DNA of 64,000 nucleotides from Cenarchaeum sp. (GTDB lineage Archaea; Thermoproteota; Nitrososphaeria; Nitrososphaerales; Nitrosopumilaceae), in assembly GCA_963693095.2 (NCBI GenBank), contig OY843768.1:1120001-1184000 (forward strand), in the 5' to 3' direction. Shown here one piece after another: positions 53,900-63,248 of this stretch (position 1 is its first letter; every line of letters begins with the position of its first letter). A program made the position numbers and the translations under genes. The notes beneath the pieces were generated by a model. That model was not told the DNA's origin, did not search any database, and worked only from the letters and a program-made list of their open reading frames with translations.

Positions 53900-55316
53900 G
53901 TATAGCACCGAGCCTTGGCATGACAACCTCGACTTGTTCGCGGACGAGCTGGTTGTAATAGTTGATGAGAATGTCGACCATGAGGAGCACGCCGATTCCG
54001 GATCCAAACACGCCAAGAACGTCAGATATGCCGGCGAGGAGCCCGAGTATGACAGAGCCGAGTATGGTGACTGACGGGATGTACTTGTTCAATAGCGCCT
54101 CCACTGGCTTGTTTGAGCGGCGGAATCCCGGTATCTGCACGTCGGCATCAAGGAGGTTCTTGGCCGCGCTGCGCGGCGAGAGGCCGCCGAGCTCGACCCA
54201 GAGGCGGCCAAATATGACGACAATGCCGACCATAAAGAGCACATAGAGCACGGCGCGCGACGGGTCAAGGGCCGCAATGTCCAGGCCTCGTGGCGGCGTG
54301 ACATAGTAGACCAGTCCCCCGATCGGCGTTGACGGGTTTGTCGGGTCAAACTGCGCAAGGAGGTTCATAAACACATTATTGTTGAGGGGGTTGGCGTTTG
54401 CCCATAATATCTGCCCGATAAACACGGCGTTTGCCGTAAGCGCAGAGGCGAGTATTACAGGGATGTTTGAGACGTACATTAGCTTTATCGGGTAGACTGC
54501 CGAAAAGCCCCTGTACTTTGTCGAGACGATGGGGATCTCGACCTTCATGCCCTGCGTGTAGACAAGTATGAGCAGGACGATTCCGGTGAGAATGAGGCCA
54601 AATATGCTTGGCAACTGGTTTGATCTAAAGAAGACATCAGAGAGGTCGCCGGCGGCAATTGACTGACCGAGAAACGGTATGATTCCGATAGTACCGCCGT
54701 CGCCGGCAGGCAGCGGGCTGAACAGGCTCCAGAGTATCTGCTGGGCGACTCCGGCCATGATAAAGAGGCTGATTCCGCTTCCAAGACCCCATCCCTTCTG
54801 GATGAGCTCGTCAAGAAACATGATGATCACCGAGGCCGCCATTAGCTGTCCCACTAGGATATAGAGGACGTTGGGGTCAGTTATGCCTGGACCATACACG
54901 GCAATGCCGTACACTATGGACTCGGCTACGATAACAACATAGGTCACAAGCTTTGTGGCAGTCTGAAAGACACCACGCTCCTCGGGTTTTTTAAAGTTGA
55001 ACTTTATGATCTCTGATCCGCGCAATAGCTGCATGAGCAGGCCGGCCGTGACTATGGGGCCGATGCCAAGCTCGACGAGTGTGCCCTGCTGCGACGCAAA
55101 TATCACGCGCGCAAACGCCAAAAAGTCAAACTCGGGCGTCGTCGCGCCAAAGAGCGGCGTCTGCGCCATGACCATGTAGATGAGGAGCGCAAGGCCTGAC
55201 CACATGAGCCTCGACTGGAGCGGGAGCTTGCGCTTTGGCTTTGGAACCTGCGGCAGGTACGGCTCGGCGACTGCCACGACGCGGTATATTGCGGAGGTGA
55301 GTGACCCCTCAGCCAT
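53886..55316 (-). CDS. secY: Preprotein translocase SecY
   Basis: GTLVELGIGPIVTAGLLMQLL, GLGSGISLFI, YPIKLMYVSNIPVILASAL, QIPGFR. Confidence 0.97.
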   Translation of the reverse strand: MAEGSLTSAIYRVVAVAEPYLPQVPKPKRKLPLQSRLMWSGLALLIYMVMAQTPLFGATTPEFDFLAFARVIFASQQGTLVELGIGPIVTAGLLMQLLRGSEIIKFNFKKPEERGVFQTATKLVTYVVIVAESIVYGIAVYGPGITDPNVLYILVGQLMAASVIIMFLDELIQKGWGLGSGISLFIMAGVAQQILWSLFSPLPAGDGGTIGIIPFLGQSIAAGDLSDVFFRSNQLPSIFGLILTGIVLLILVYTQGMKVEIPIVSTKYRGFSAVYPIKLMYVSNIPVILASALTANAVFIGQILWANANPLNNNVFMNLLAQFDPTNPSTPIGGLVYYVTPPRGLDIAALDPSRAVLYVLFMVGIVVIFGRLWVELGGLSPRSAAKNLLDADVQIPGFRRSNKPVEALLNKYIPSVTILGSVILGLLAGISDVLGVFGSGIGVLLMVDILINYYNQLVREQVEVVMPRLGAILGRH

Positions 55317-55770
55317 TCTCGTCCACCGTGCCGCCGGATTTTGCCCCCTTGGCCTGCGAGACAATCTCGCCGCCGGCGTCGCTGACCTTTTTGGCCGCAG
55401 ACGGCGTAAACCTGTCGACGATGACGGCGTACGCTCCCTGGACAGAACCGCCGCCTAGGAGCTTTTCATATCCGCCGGCGCGCAGGTCGACTATGCGCTT
55501 GCCGCCCTCCTCGCGGCCATGGTGCGCATAGAGATCCCCGAGATCCCGCACGGATGCCCACTTTTTGGCGTCATTCGAGTATGGGGGGTGCGTCGAGTCA
55601 TGGCCAAAGTGGTCTGGATCGTCGCGCAGCATCGAGCTAAAGTGGTGCTTTAGCTGCCCTGATGCGCCAAGGCCGCCCTTGTGGCCGCTGGCCCTGTGCT
55701 GGCCAACCTGGCCCCAACCGTGCGTGCGCGACCCCCGAAGCTTTCTTGTCTTGCGCATCCTTGTGGCCAT
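55309..55770 (-). CDS. rpl15: 50S ribosomal protein uL15
   Basis: RKTRKLRGSRTHGWG..HRASGHKGG, YEKLLGGG. Confidence 0.96.
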   Translation of the reverse strand: MATRMRKTRKLRGSRTHGWGQVGQHRASGHKGGLGASGQLKHHFSSMLRDDPDHFGHDSTHPPYSNDAKKWASVRDLGDLYAHHGREEGGKRIVDLRAGGYEKLLGGGSVQGAYAVIVDRFTPSAAKKVSDAGGEIVSQAKGAKSGGTVDENG

Positions 55771-55772
55771 GT

Positions 55773-56240
55773 CTATCCCATCATCCTCCGCACAATCTCC
55801 TCGAGGTCAGGATTCTTGCCGAGTATGCCGTTCTGGCCGCGCATCTTTTTTGTGCTCCGCCTAAACCCATGGCGCGGCGGGGCCAGCGCAAACCACGGCT
55901 TGAGGCCCTTGACGTTGCGCATGGACACGCTTCCGGAGGCGAGGGACTCGGCGAGCTCTGTGGTGCTCGTGTACCCCTCGGGCATTGGCCCGCCCTCGAG
56001 TCGGCGGTAGCCGCTCGTGTGGCCGCGCGAGTCGAGGAGCTCGCGCGTGAGATCCGCATTTGCGTCGGTCCAGGAGACATAGTGCTTTACCTTGTTTAGC
56101 ATGCCTAGCGTGTTCTCGCGTGCCGGAATTATGGTCGCGCGGAACTTTTTCTCGAGGCGGAGGAGCTCGAGCGTGCGCGAGGCCCAGTGCGGCACGTCGG
56201 CCTGCCCCTTTATTCTAACCACGAGATACGCTCCTGTCAC
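55773..56240 (-). CDS. rpl30: 50S ribosomal protein uL30
   Basis: VVRIKG, TLELLRL, GMLNKVKHYVSW, LAPPRHGF. Confidence 0.95.
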   Translation of the reverse strand: MTGAYLVVRIKGQADVPHWASRTLELLRLEKKFRATIIPARENTLGMLNKVKHYVSWTDANADLTRELLDSRGHTSGYRRLEGGPMPEGYTSTTELAESLASGSVSMRNVKGLKPWFALAPPRHGFRRSTKKMRGQNGILGKNPDLEEIVRRMMG

Positions 56241-56247
56241 TGCACCA

Positions 56248-56874
56248 TCAACCCTGGCTGAACGTCTGCCTAAGGCACGCGAGGAGCGCCTTTGACGTTG
56301 ACGTCATTGTTGTAGTTGAGCCCTTTGCCGATGTCCACGCATCCTTTAGGCCAGCGAGCTCGAGTAGTCGGCGCATCTTGCCGCCTGCGACGAGGCCAAG
56401 ACCGCGCGGTGCGGGAAATATCTCGATAGTCACGCTGCCCCCGCGGCCGCGCACCTTGAATGGTATCGAGTGGTTCTGGTCGCACCTGCACTCCCAGCTC
56501 CCGCATCCCAGCCTTATTGGGCTGACATTGAGGTACGCGTGGCTCGTCGCCTTTTCTATGGCGACGCGTATCTGCTTTGACTTGCCCTGGCCTATTCCGA
56601 GCCAGCCGTTGGAGTTGCCGGCGGCGACGATTGCCTTGAAGCGCGTTGACTGGCCGTTGGCAGTCATCTTTTGTATGATTCCGACATCGACGACCTCGGT
56701 CTCAAGGTCTGGGAGTAGCTTTTTGATAATGCCGGCCTCCTGTATGCGCAGGCCAGACTCGAGTATCTCCTCCATCGACGTGACCTCGCCGGCGGCCACG
56801 CGCTTTCCAAGCGAGGTCTTTGGAACCCATGGCTCCTCCTCCTCGCGCGAGCGCCTCTGCTGTGGGCGATTCAG
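56248..56874 (-). CDS. rps5: 30S ribosomal protein uS5 (probable CTG start)
   Basis: Frame extends upstream of the called GTG through EEEEPWVPKTSLGKRV; CTG at 56874 overlaps the rpl18 TGA, with GAGGTG 8 nt upstream; body has GCGSWECRC and PAPRGLGL. Confidence 0.92.
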   Translation of the reverse strand: MNRPQQRRSREEEEPWVPKTSLGKRVAAGEVTSMEEILESGLRIQEAGIIKKLLPDLETEVVDVGIIQKMTANGQSTRFKAIVAAGNSNGWLGIGQGKSKQIRVAIEKATSHAYLNVSPIRLGCGSWECRCDQNHSIPFKVRGRGGSVTIEIFPAPRGLGLVAGGKMRRLLELAGLKDAWTSAKGSTTTMTSTSKALLACLRQTFSQG

Positions 56875-57359
56875 GATGATGGCACCTCGGAGTCTATGGC
56901 CGACTTTATCGCCGCAACGTCGTTCTTTACGCGAAGGTGCGCTCCCTCGAGGCGCTCCTGCGGGGGGAACGAGTCAGCCGAAGACGGCACGTCAAGGCCC
57001 GCATCGACTAGGCCCTTTAGGGCCGCGGCCATGCGCTGCGTGTAGCGACGCGTGCCGCTATAGAGTATCGCAGTGGCCGTGCCTCCTGCAGCGGCCCTCT
57101 TGCCGGCGAGGTAGCCGGTCATGTAGGCTGCCGGAATGCTCTTGCGCGAGCCCTTCCAGCCCTTGCCGAGGAGAAAGCGCGAGTGGGCCGAGGCGACTAC
57201 GAGGTCACCGGTCATGCCCGCCTTTAGAACCTGCACCTGCGCGTTCTCGTTGGATATGTGAACCGTCACAAAGGGCCTCTTGCCCATGAGCATGGCCCTG
57301 CGCTTGCGATAGTTTGTCTTCTCCTCACGAAGCCTTCGAAGTATCCTGGCGTGGGCCAT
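56871..57359 (-). CDS. rpl18: 50S ribosomal protein uL18
   Basis: RRLREEKTNYRKR, ASAHS, PAAYMTGYLAG; own TATA-like TTAAAAA at ~57387-57393. Confidence 0.95.
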   Translation of the reverse strand: MAHARILRRLREEKTNYRKRRAMLMGKRPFVTVHISNENAQVQVLKAGMTGDLVVASAHSRFLLGKGWKGSRKSIPAAYMTGYLAGKRAAAGGTATAILYSGTRRYTQRMAAALKGLVDAGLDVPSSADSFPPQERLEGAHLRVKNDVAAIKSAIDSEVPSS

Positions 57360-57573
57360 TCCGAGACGCGCGCGCCTAATCTGCTCTTTTTAAGCCTACC
57401 CCGCCATGGGGGCTCAACGCCCATGGAGACGGCCAGACAGGCACAGTCCGGCCCTGTCCGGCCCTGCCACGCCATGCCCGCAGTGCCCAAACCGCAGTGC
57501 CCGGACCGCACCCCCCGCAGTCGACCAGTGCGCCCCGGAGCCCCCCGTCCGGGCCTCTTCCCCACAGGGCCCG

Positions 57574-57978
57574 TCAGGGCACTCGCGAGACGTGCATGTG
57601 GGCGACCTTCCAGGAGCCCTCCCTGATGAGCACAAACGTTGCGCGCGAGACTGTCCTGACGTGCTCGCCGCTAAACGTCTTGTTGTCGACTAGCATCCCG
57701 CTCTGCTCGAGCTCAAAGGCGGCCACGGCCATGTCCCCTCGGGCAATGACGCGCTCGTCGCGCACGCGATAGTCATAGTCTGATATGGCCGCCAGGCGCA
57801 TCTCGGCGAGCACCGAGGTCGTCTCGGCGTCATGCATGCCATACGGCGGCACGTCAGCAAAGCTCGAGAATGCCGGATCGCCGGCGTGCATGAGGCGCAT
57901 CGCCGCAAAGTCCCTCGACTTGCCCGCATCAAGGTACGCGCGCACGGCGTCCATGACGGCGCCCTCTCCTGTGACCAT
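57574..57978 (-). CDS. SnoaL/NTF2-like fold protein
   Basis: Helix plus beta pattern ending RATFVLIREGSWKVAHMHVS. Confidence 0.8.
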   Translation of the reverse strand: MVTGEGAVMDAVRAYLDAGKSRDFAAMRLMHAGDPAFSSFADVPPYGMHDAETTSVLAEMRLAAISDYDYRVRDERVIARGDMAVAAFELEQSGMLVDNKTFSGEHVRTVSRATFVLIREGSWKVAHMHVSRVP

Positions 57979-58076
57979 GCCCCGCGTGGTGAGCCATCAT
58001 GGTTAAATCTCTAGCTTGCGCCCCACGCCCAGTGCGCGCGTTGGGTTAAATAGTTGCGCGGGCCGGTGGCGAATCC

Positions 58077-59231
58077 ATGAGGCATGACATAGTCGTCGCC
58101 GGCGGGAGCATTGCCGGCCTCTTGTGCGCAAGGGAGGTGGCGCGCCAGGGCCACAGCGTCATGGTCATAGAGCGTCACGGCGAGATAGGGGCGCCTGACC
58201 ACTGTGGCGGGCTCGTCAGCGCCGATGCGCTCGACTCCCTCGGCGTTGGCGGCAGGCAAGAGTATGTCGGCAACGCAATAGAGCGCGCAGTGGTCTGCTC
58301 GCCAGGCGGGCAGAGCTTTGATATCCGCGTCGGCAGCAGTGTTGTGGAGCTTAGCCGGCGCGCCCTTGACAGGAGGATCGCGCGCGAGGCGCAGGACTGT
58401 GGTGCGCACATACGCACGTCGGTGCGCTGCACTGGAACAGGTGACGGTGTCGTCCACACGAGCGCAGGGGACATTGCGTGCAGGATTGTCGTGGACGCCA
58501 CGGGCATTGCGTCGCTCGTCTCCAGGGGAATGCGCGAGGGCGTCGTCGCCTCGGCGCAGGCCGAGGTTCTTGCCCCGTGGATAGAGCGCGGGGGCGTAGA
58601 GGTCATGCTTGATGCGGCGAGGTATCCCGGATTTTTTGCGTGGGTCATAGCATCAGAGGACGGGCGCGGCAAGGTCGGAGTCGCCGGCTCGGGAATCGAC
58701 GCTGCCGGCGCGCTGCGCGCGCTGCTTGACTCTAGGGGGACGCACTCGGAGCTCAGAACGGTCAGCGCGCCCATATGGGTTGGCGGACACGCCGGAGAGT
58801 TTGTCGACGGGCAGACCGTGTACGCAGGCGATGCCGCAGGCCAGACAAAGCCGACGACTGCCGGCGGGATACTCTCTGGCGGCATGGGCGGCATAATGGC
58901 CGGTGCTGCGATATCCTCGTTCCTCGAGTCCGGCGACCCCTCAGACCTTGGCGCATATCGCACTGCGTGGGAGGCCATGTTTGGGGCCGAGTTTGGCAGG
59001 CAGCTCCTCGCGCGCCGTCTCCTGGCAGCCCTGGACAACGCCACCATTGACGCGCTCGTGGGAGCCGTGACGCCAGAGGTCGCGGCGCGAGTCGCCGAGG
59101 GCGGCAGCTTTGACTTTCATGCCGGCTCCATAGCCAGGATCCTTGGCGCCAGGGGCGCAATAGGCCTGCTTCGGCGGCTGCCGGCAGCAGACGTGGCTCG
59201 CCTCATGGCCGCGATGGCCGGCAAACTATAA
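58077..59231 (+). CDS. Geranylgeranyl reductase family FAD-dependent oxidoreductase
   Basis: DIVVAGGSIAG, PDHCGGLVS, PGFFAWVI, AGDAAGQTKPTTAGGI. Confidence 0.88.
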   Translation: MRHDIVVAGGSIAGLLCAREVARQGHSVMVIERHGEIGAPDHCGGLVSADALDSLGVGGRQEYVGNAIERAVVCSPGGQSFDIRVGSSVVELSRRALDRRIAREAQDCGAHIRTSVRCTGTGDGVVHTSAGDIACRIVVDATGIASLVSRGMREGVVASAQAEVLAPWIERGGVEVMLDAARYPGFFAWVIASEDGRGKVGVAGSGIDAAGALRALLDSRGTHSELRTVSAPIWVGGHAGEFVDGQTVYAGDAAGQTKPTTAGGILSGGMGGIMAGAAISSFLESGDPSDLGAYRTAWEAMFGAEFGRQLLARRLLAALDNATIDALVGAVTPEVAARVAEGGSFDFHAGSIARILGARGAIGLLRRLPAADVARLMAAMAGKL

Positions 59232-59256
59232 ATCTCCATGCTCGCGGGGCGCGACC

Positions 59257-59439
59257 ATGTCGTCGCTGTCGCTGCCCGTATGCAGTTGCTGCCATAGGCA
59301 CATCATGCCAAATGACAAGTGCGTAAAGTTTAGCTGCCCCGAGTGCGGAAATGAGGCCTCTATGATCTGGCGCTGCCAGAGCTGCCGAGAGGCGGCCACG
59401 TCGTACAAGTGCACAGCGTGCGGCTTTGAGGGACCCTGA
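59257..59439 (+). CDS. Zinc-ribbon protein (DUF1610-type)
   Basis: CSCC..FSCPECG..IWRCQSCR..YKCTACGFEGP; directly upstream of EF-1beta. Confidence 0.9.
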   Translation: MSSLSLPVCSCCHRHIMPNDKCVKFSCPECGNEASMIWRCQSCREAATSYKCTACGFEGP

Positions 59440-59445
59440 GGAGCC

Positions 59446-59727
59446 ATGGCAAAGCTGGTCATAGCCGCAAAGATACTCCCGACTGACATAGATGTCGACC
59501 TCGACGGCATGGCCGCCGGCATAGGCGGTGCGCTCAAGGACGGCATAACGATGAAGAGGCACGTAAAGGAGCCGATCGCCTTTGGCCTGTTTGCGCTAAA
59601 GGCCGAGTTTGTCTGCGAGGACAAAGAGGGCCAGATGGACTCACTCGAGTCATCCGTGAGGTCAGTCAAGGGAGTGAGCGAGTTTGAGGTCCTAAACATG
59701 AGCCGCTCCTCAGTGGAGATGAAGTAG
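59446..59727 (+). CDS. ef1b: Elongation factor 1-beta
   Basis: [27 protein letters not shown]. Confidence 0.93.
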   Translation: MAKLVIAAKILPTDIDVDLDGMAAGIGGALKDGITMKRHVKEPIAFGLFALKAEFVCEDKEGQMDSLESSVRSVKGVSEFEVLNMSRSSVEMK

Positions 59728-59737
59728 GGTTTCTGCA

Positions 59738-61912
59738 TTGGCACGCAAGCCCAGCGAGCCGCTGTCCATGAAGATAGGCGAGGCAAAGCAGCGAGATGTT
59801 GGAAAAAAACGCGCGCGCATAGGGCCTGACGCAATGGACTACCTTGGCGTCACGCCAGGGGACGTCATCGAGATATCTGGCACAAAGTCGAGCTGTGCTG
59901 TGGTGTGGCCCGCAGACGAGGACGAGCGCTCCCCGGAGATCATCAGGGTTGACGGCCAGATGCGTAATAACATTGGCGCAGCGCACAGCGAGATGGTTCG
60001 TGTCATCAGGGGAACCGCAAAAGCGGCGCGCGTGGTGGAGATTATGCCGGTCAGTGACGAGATAACAGTTGATGCCGAGTTTAACGAGTTTGTCAAGGGT
60101 CGCATAGCCGGAATGCCGGTGATCCAGGGAGACGAGGTGTCCGTGATGGTCCTAGGCAACACGATAGCATTCAAGATCAGCAAGGTCACGCCAAAGGGCA
60201 TAGTGGAGATCGGCAAGACGACTACGATAAACGTGCTCACAGAGACTGCACAAGAAAGAAGGCCGCACGTCACGTACGAGGAGGTCGGCGGGCTTGGCGC
60301 CGAGATAAAGGCGATGCGCGAGATAGTCGAGCTTCCGCTGCGCCATCCCGAACTCTTTGCGAGGCTCGGCGTGGAGGCCAACAGCGGCGTGCTCCTCTAT
60401 GGGCCGCCGGGATGCGGCAAGACGCTGATCGCAAAGGTCCTAGCAAGCGAGTCAGATGCCAACATGTACCTCATAAACGGGCCGGAGATTATGAACAAGT
60501 ACTATGGCGAGACTGAGGCGCGCCTGCGCGACATATTCAAGGACGCAAAGGCCAACGCGCCGAGCATAATATTCATCGACGAGATCGACGCCATTGCGCC
60601 AAAGCGCGAGGACGTCTATGGCGACGTCGAAAAGCGCGTCGTCGCGCAGCTCCTGGCCCTCATGGACGGCCTGACTGACAGGGGCAACGTGATAGTCCTT
60701 GGCGCAACGAACAGGCAGGACAGCGTGGATCCCGCACTGAGGCGCCCCGGCAGGTTTGACCGCGAGGTCGAGATATCCGTTCCCAACGAGGACGGTCGCC
60801 TCGAGATACTCCAGATACACACGCGCGGCATGCCTGTTGACGCAGAATTTGACATAAAGGAGTTGGCATCTGCGCTCCACGGCTACACGGGGGCCGACAT
60901 AAAGTCGCTGTGCAGGGAGACGGCCATAAAGGCGATAAGGAGGTACCTCCCTGACATTGACCTCGAGACCGAGCAGATACCATCAAGTATCCTCCAGGCA
61001 ATGCGCATAAAGACAGTTGACTTTTACGATGCGATGCGCGAGGTGGTTCCCACGGCGATGCGCGAGTTTTACGTCGAGCGGCCAAAGGTGTGGTGGGTCG
61101 ACGTGGGCGGACTAGGGGACGCAAAGCACACACTGCAGGAGAACGTCATGCGCGCAATGCGCGATCCTGAAAAGTTCACGAGCATGGGCGTCAGTCCACC
61201 GCATGGCGTGCTCATATACGGGCCGCCGGGCTGTGGCAAGACAATGCTCGCGCGTGCGCTAGCCGCCGAGAGCGGCGCGAACATGATAGTCGTAAAGGGC
61301 CCGGAGGTACTCTCAAAGTGGATCGGCGAGTCCGAAAAGGCAATACGCGAGATATTTCGAAAGGCCGTAGCCTCGGCGCCATGCGTGATCATACTCGACG
61401 AGCTCGACGCGCTAGCGCGCCACAGGGACGGGGGCGACGGCGGCTATGGCGACACAGTCCTAAGCCAGCTCCTCACGGAGATAGAGGACAGCCCGACTGC
61501 AAGCGTCGTGGTAGTCGGAATCACCAGCAGGCCGGATCTCCTTGACGGCTCGCTTTTGAGAACCGGCCGCCTCGACCTCTCCGTGTACACCCCGCCGCCA
61601 GACGAGGCCGGAAGGCTAGAGATCATGGAGATCCTCTCGCGAAAGATGCCCCTCAATGATGACGTCAGCCTCAGCGAGGTGTCCATGATCACCAAGGGAT
61701 GCTCGGGCGCTGACCTCGCCGCACTCTGCAGGGAGGCCGCCGTGGCTGCGATCCAGCGCGACTCCAAAAAGATCGGCGGGCAGGACATCACGGCCGGACT
61801 AAAGCGCATAAGCCCCTCAATAACCGGAGACGTCGACAAGTGGTACCAGTCAATAAGGGAAAAGATCACCAACGCCGTGCCAAACACGCATGACAGGGAG
61901 ATATACGGATAG
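59738..61912 (+). CDS. cdc48: CDC48/VCP family AAA ATPase
   Basis: N-domain plus two AAA modules (GPPGCGKT twice), ELPLRHPELF, ALRRPGRFDRE. Confidence 0.95.
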   Translation: MARKPSEPLSMKIGEAKQRDVGKKRARIGPDAMDYLGVTPGDVIEISGTKSSCAVVWPADEDERSPEIIRVDGQMRNNIGAAHSEMVRVIRGTAKAARVVEIMPVSDEITVDAEFNEFVKGRIAGMPVIQGDEVSVMVLGNTIAFKISKVTPKGIVEIGKTTTINVLTETAQERRPHVTYEEVGGLGAEIKAMREIVELPLRHPELFARLGVEANSGVLLYGPPGCGKTLIAKVLASESDANMYLINGPEIMNKYYGETEARLRDIFKDAKANAPSIIFIDEIDAIAPKREDVYGDVEKRVVAQLLALMDGLTDRGNVIVLGATNRQDSVDPALRRPGRFDREVEISVPNEDGRLEILQIHTRGMPVDAEFDIKELASALHGYTGADIKSLCRETAIKAIRRYLPDIDLETEQIPSSILQAMRIKTVDFYDAMREVVPTAMREFYVERPKVWWVDVGGLGDAKHTLQENVMRAMRDPEKFTSMGVSPPHGVLIYGPPGCGKTMLARALAAESGANMIVVKGPEVLSKWIGESEKAIREIFRKAVASAPCVIILDELDALARHRDGGDGGYGDTVLSQLLTEIEDSPTASVVVVGITSRPDLLDGSLLRTGRLDLSVYTPPPDEAGRLEIMEILSRKMPLNDDVSLSEVSMITKGCSGADLAALCREAAVAAIQRDSKKIGGQDITAGLKRISPSITGDVDKWYQSIREKITNAVPNTHDREIYG

Positions 61913-61914
61913 TC

Positions 61915-62199
61915 ATGGCCATTCCCCTGCGAAACACCATACTCGAAAAGGTCACCTCACACGGCACGCTGACTGACTCGGAGCTCACAAAGATGCTTGC
62001 AAAGGACGACATAGACTTTACGCCTGCCACGATCGAAAAGGCGCTTCTTGACCTAGAGATACTCGGTCTCATATCCGTCTCCGTGCTCGCAAAGGGCACG
62101 AGGAGGATAGAGGCAATAGTCGCCGAGGATGACGCAGTGGAGGACGAGTCCACGCGAGAGCATGACTATGAGGCAAGCTTTCCAAACGTCGAGGGCTAG
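61915..62199 (+). CDS. Small hypothetical protein (winged-helix-like) with acidic tail
   Basis: LTDSELTKML..KALLDLEILGLISV; follows cdc48. Confidence 0.7.
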   Translation: MAIPLRNTILEKVTSHGTLTDSELTKMLAKDDIDFTPATIEKALLDLEILGLISVSVLAKGTRRIEAIVAEDDAVEDESTREHDYEASFPNVEG

Positions 62200-63074
62200 A
62201 ACCTAAAGTGGAACGCGGCGTCCAGGGCGACGGCGACGAATATTATTGTGAGGTATGGCGCAGTCACCTTGTATGCCTTCCACGCAAACTCTGGGGTCGG
62301 ATCGCGCGTAAGTCGATAGTGGTACGCAAGCATTAGGCCGCCAGAGGCCGCAGCTATGGCCATGTAGACAAGGCCGAGTCCGGCCGCATACAGCGCAAGC
62401 GAGTAGGGCAGGAGTATTGCCGTGTTGACAAGTATGTACCGTGATGTCCTGTGCATGCCGATGGCAACAGGGAGCATCGGGACGCGCGCGGCGGCATACT
62501 CGTCCCTTATCTTCATCGCAAGGCACCAAAAGTGCGATGGCGTCCACACAAACACCAAAAACCCGACGAGAAACCCCAACAGGTCCATCGAGCCAGTCGC
62601 GCCTGCCCATCCGGCCATCGCAGCGCAGCTTCCGGCAAACCCGCCAATGACAATGTTGCTAGAGTTTAGGCGCTTTAGCCATATCGTGTATATGACAACG
62701 TAAAAGAATATGCCAAGTGCGACAAAGAGGGCAGATGCGACATTGAGCGCAATGGCCGCATAGATGACAGAGAAAGAGCTTGTCGCCAGGCCGTACACGA
62801 GTGCCACGTTGGCGCCGATCCGCCCTGACGGTATGGGCCGTGATTTCGTGCGGCCCATCAGCGGGTCAATGTCACGGTCGTAATAGTGGTTTAGCGCGCT
62901 AGAGCCGGCGGATGCGAGCGCGCCGGCGACGATGATGTGGACGTATAGCCACATGCCCGGCTCGGACGCAGGCGTGCCCAGGACGCCTCCGGCATACATC
63001 GAGGTGACTGCAGTGATCACCAAGAGGACGACTATGCGCGGCTTTGATATCTCGTAAATCTCCCTGAGGGCCAA
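62196..63074 (-). CDS. cyoE: Protoheme IX farnesyltransferase (heme O synthase)
   Basis: KPRIVVLL, LNHYYDRDIDPLMGRTKSRPIPSGRI, WTPSHFWCLA, PMLPV; start estimated from TATTAAAT at 63102-63109. Confidence 0.93.
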   Translation of the reverse strand: MALREIYEISKPRIVVLLVITAVTSMYAGGVLGTPASEPGMWLYVHIIVAGALASAGSSALNHYYDRDIDPLMGRTKSRPIPSGRIGANVALVYGLATSSFSVIYAAIALNVASALFVALGIFFYVVIYTIWLKRLNSSNIVIGGFAGSCAAMAGWAGATGSMDLLGFLVGFLVFVWTPSHFWCLAMKIRDEYAAARVPMLPVAIGMHRTSRYILVNTAILLPYSLALYAAGLGLVYMAIAAASGGLMLAYHYRLTRDPTPEFAWKAYKVTAPYLTIIFVAVALDAAFHFRF

Positions 63075-63248
63075 TTCTGGCAGGGCGTGCGCGCGCGTCT
63101 GATTTAATACCTTTGGCGCGCCGGCGATATACGGCAGCAGGACCGGCGTTCTGGCGATTCGGCCCGCCGCAGGCCACGCCCCGGCGCGCACCATGGCCCG
63201 CGTGCCTACAAAAGGATTAAGTACGCTGCTCAGGCGGCCACGGCGCAG

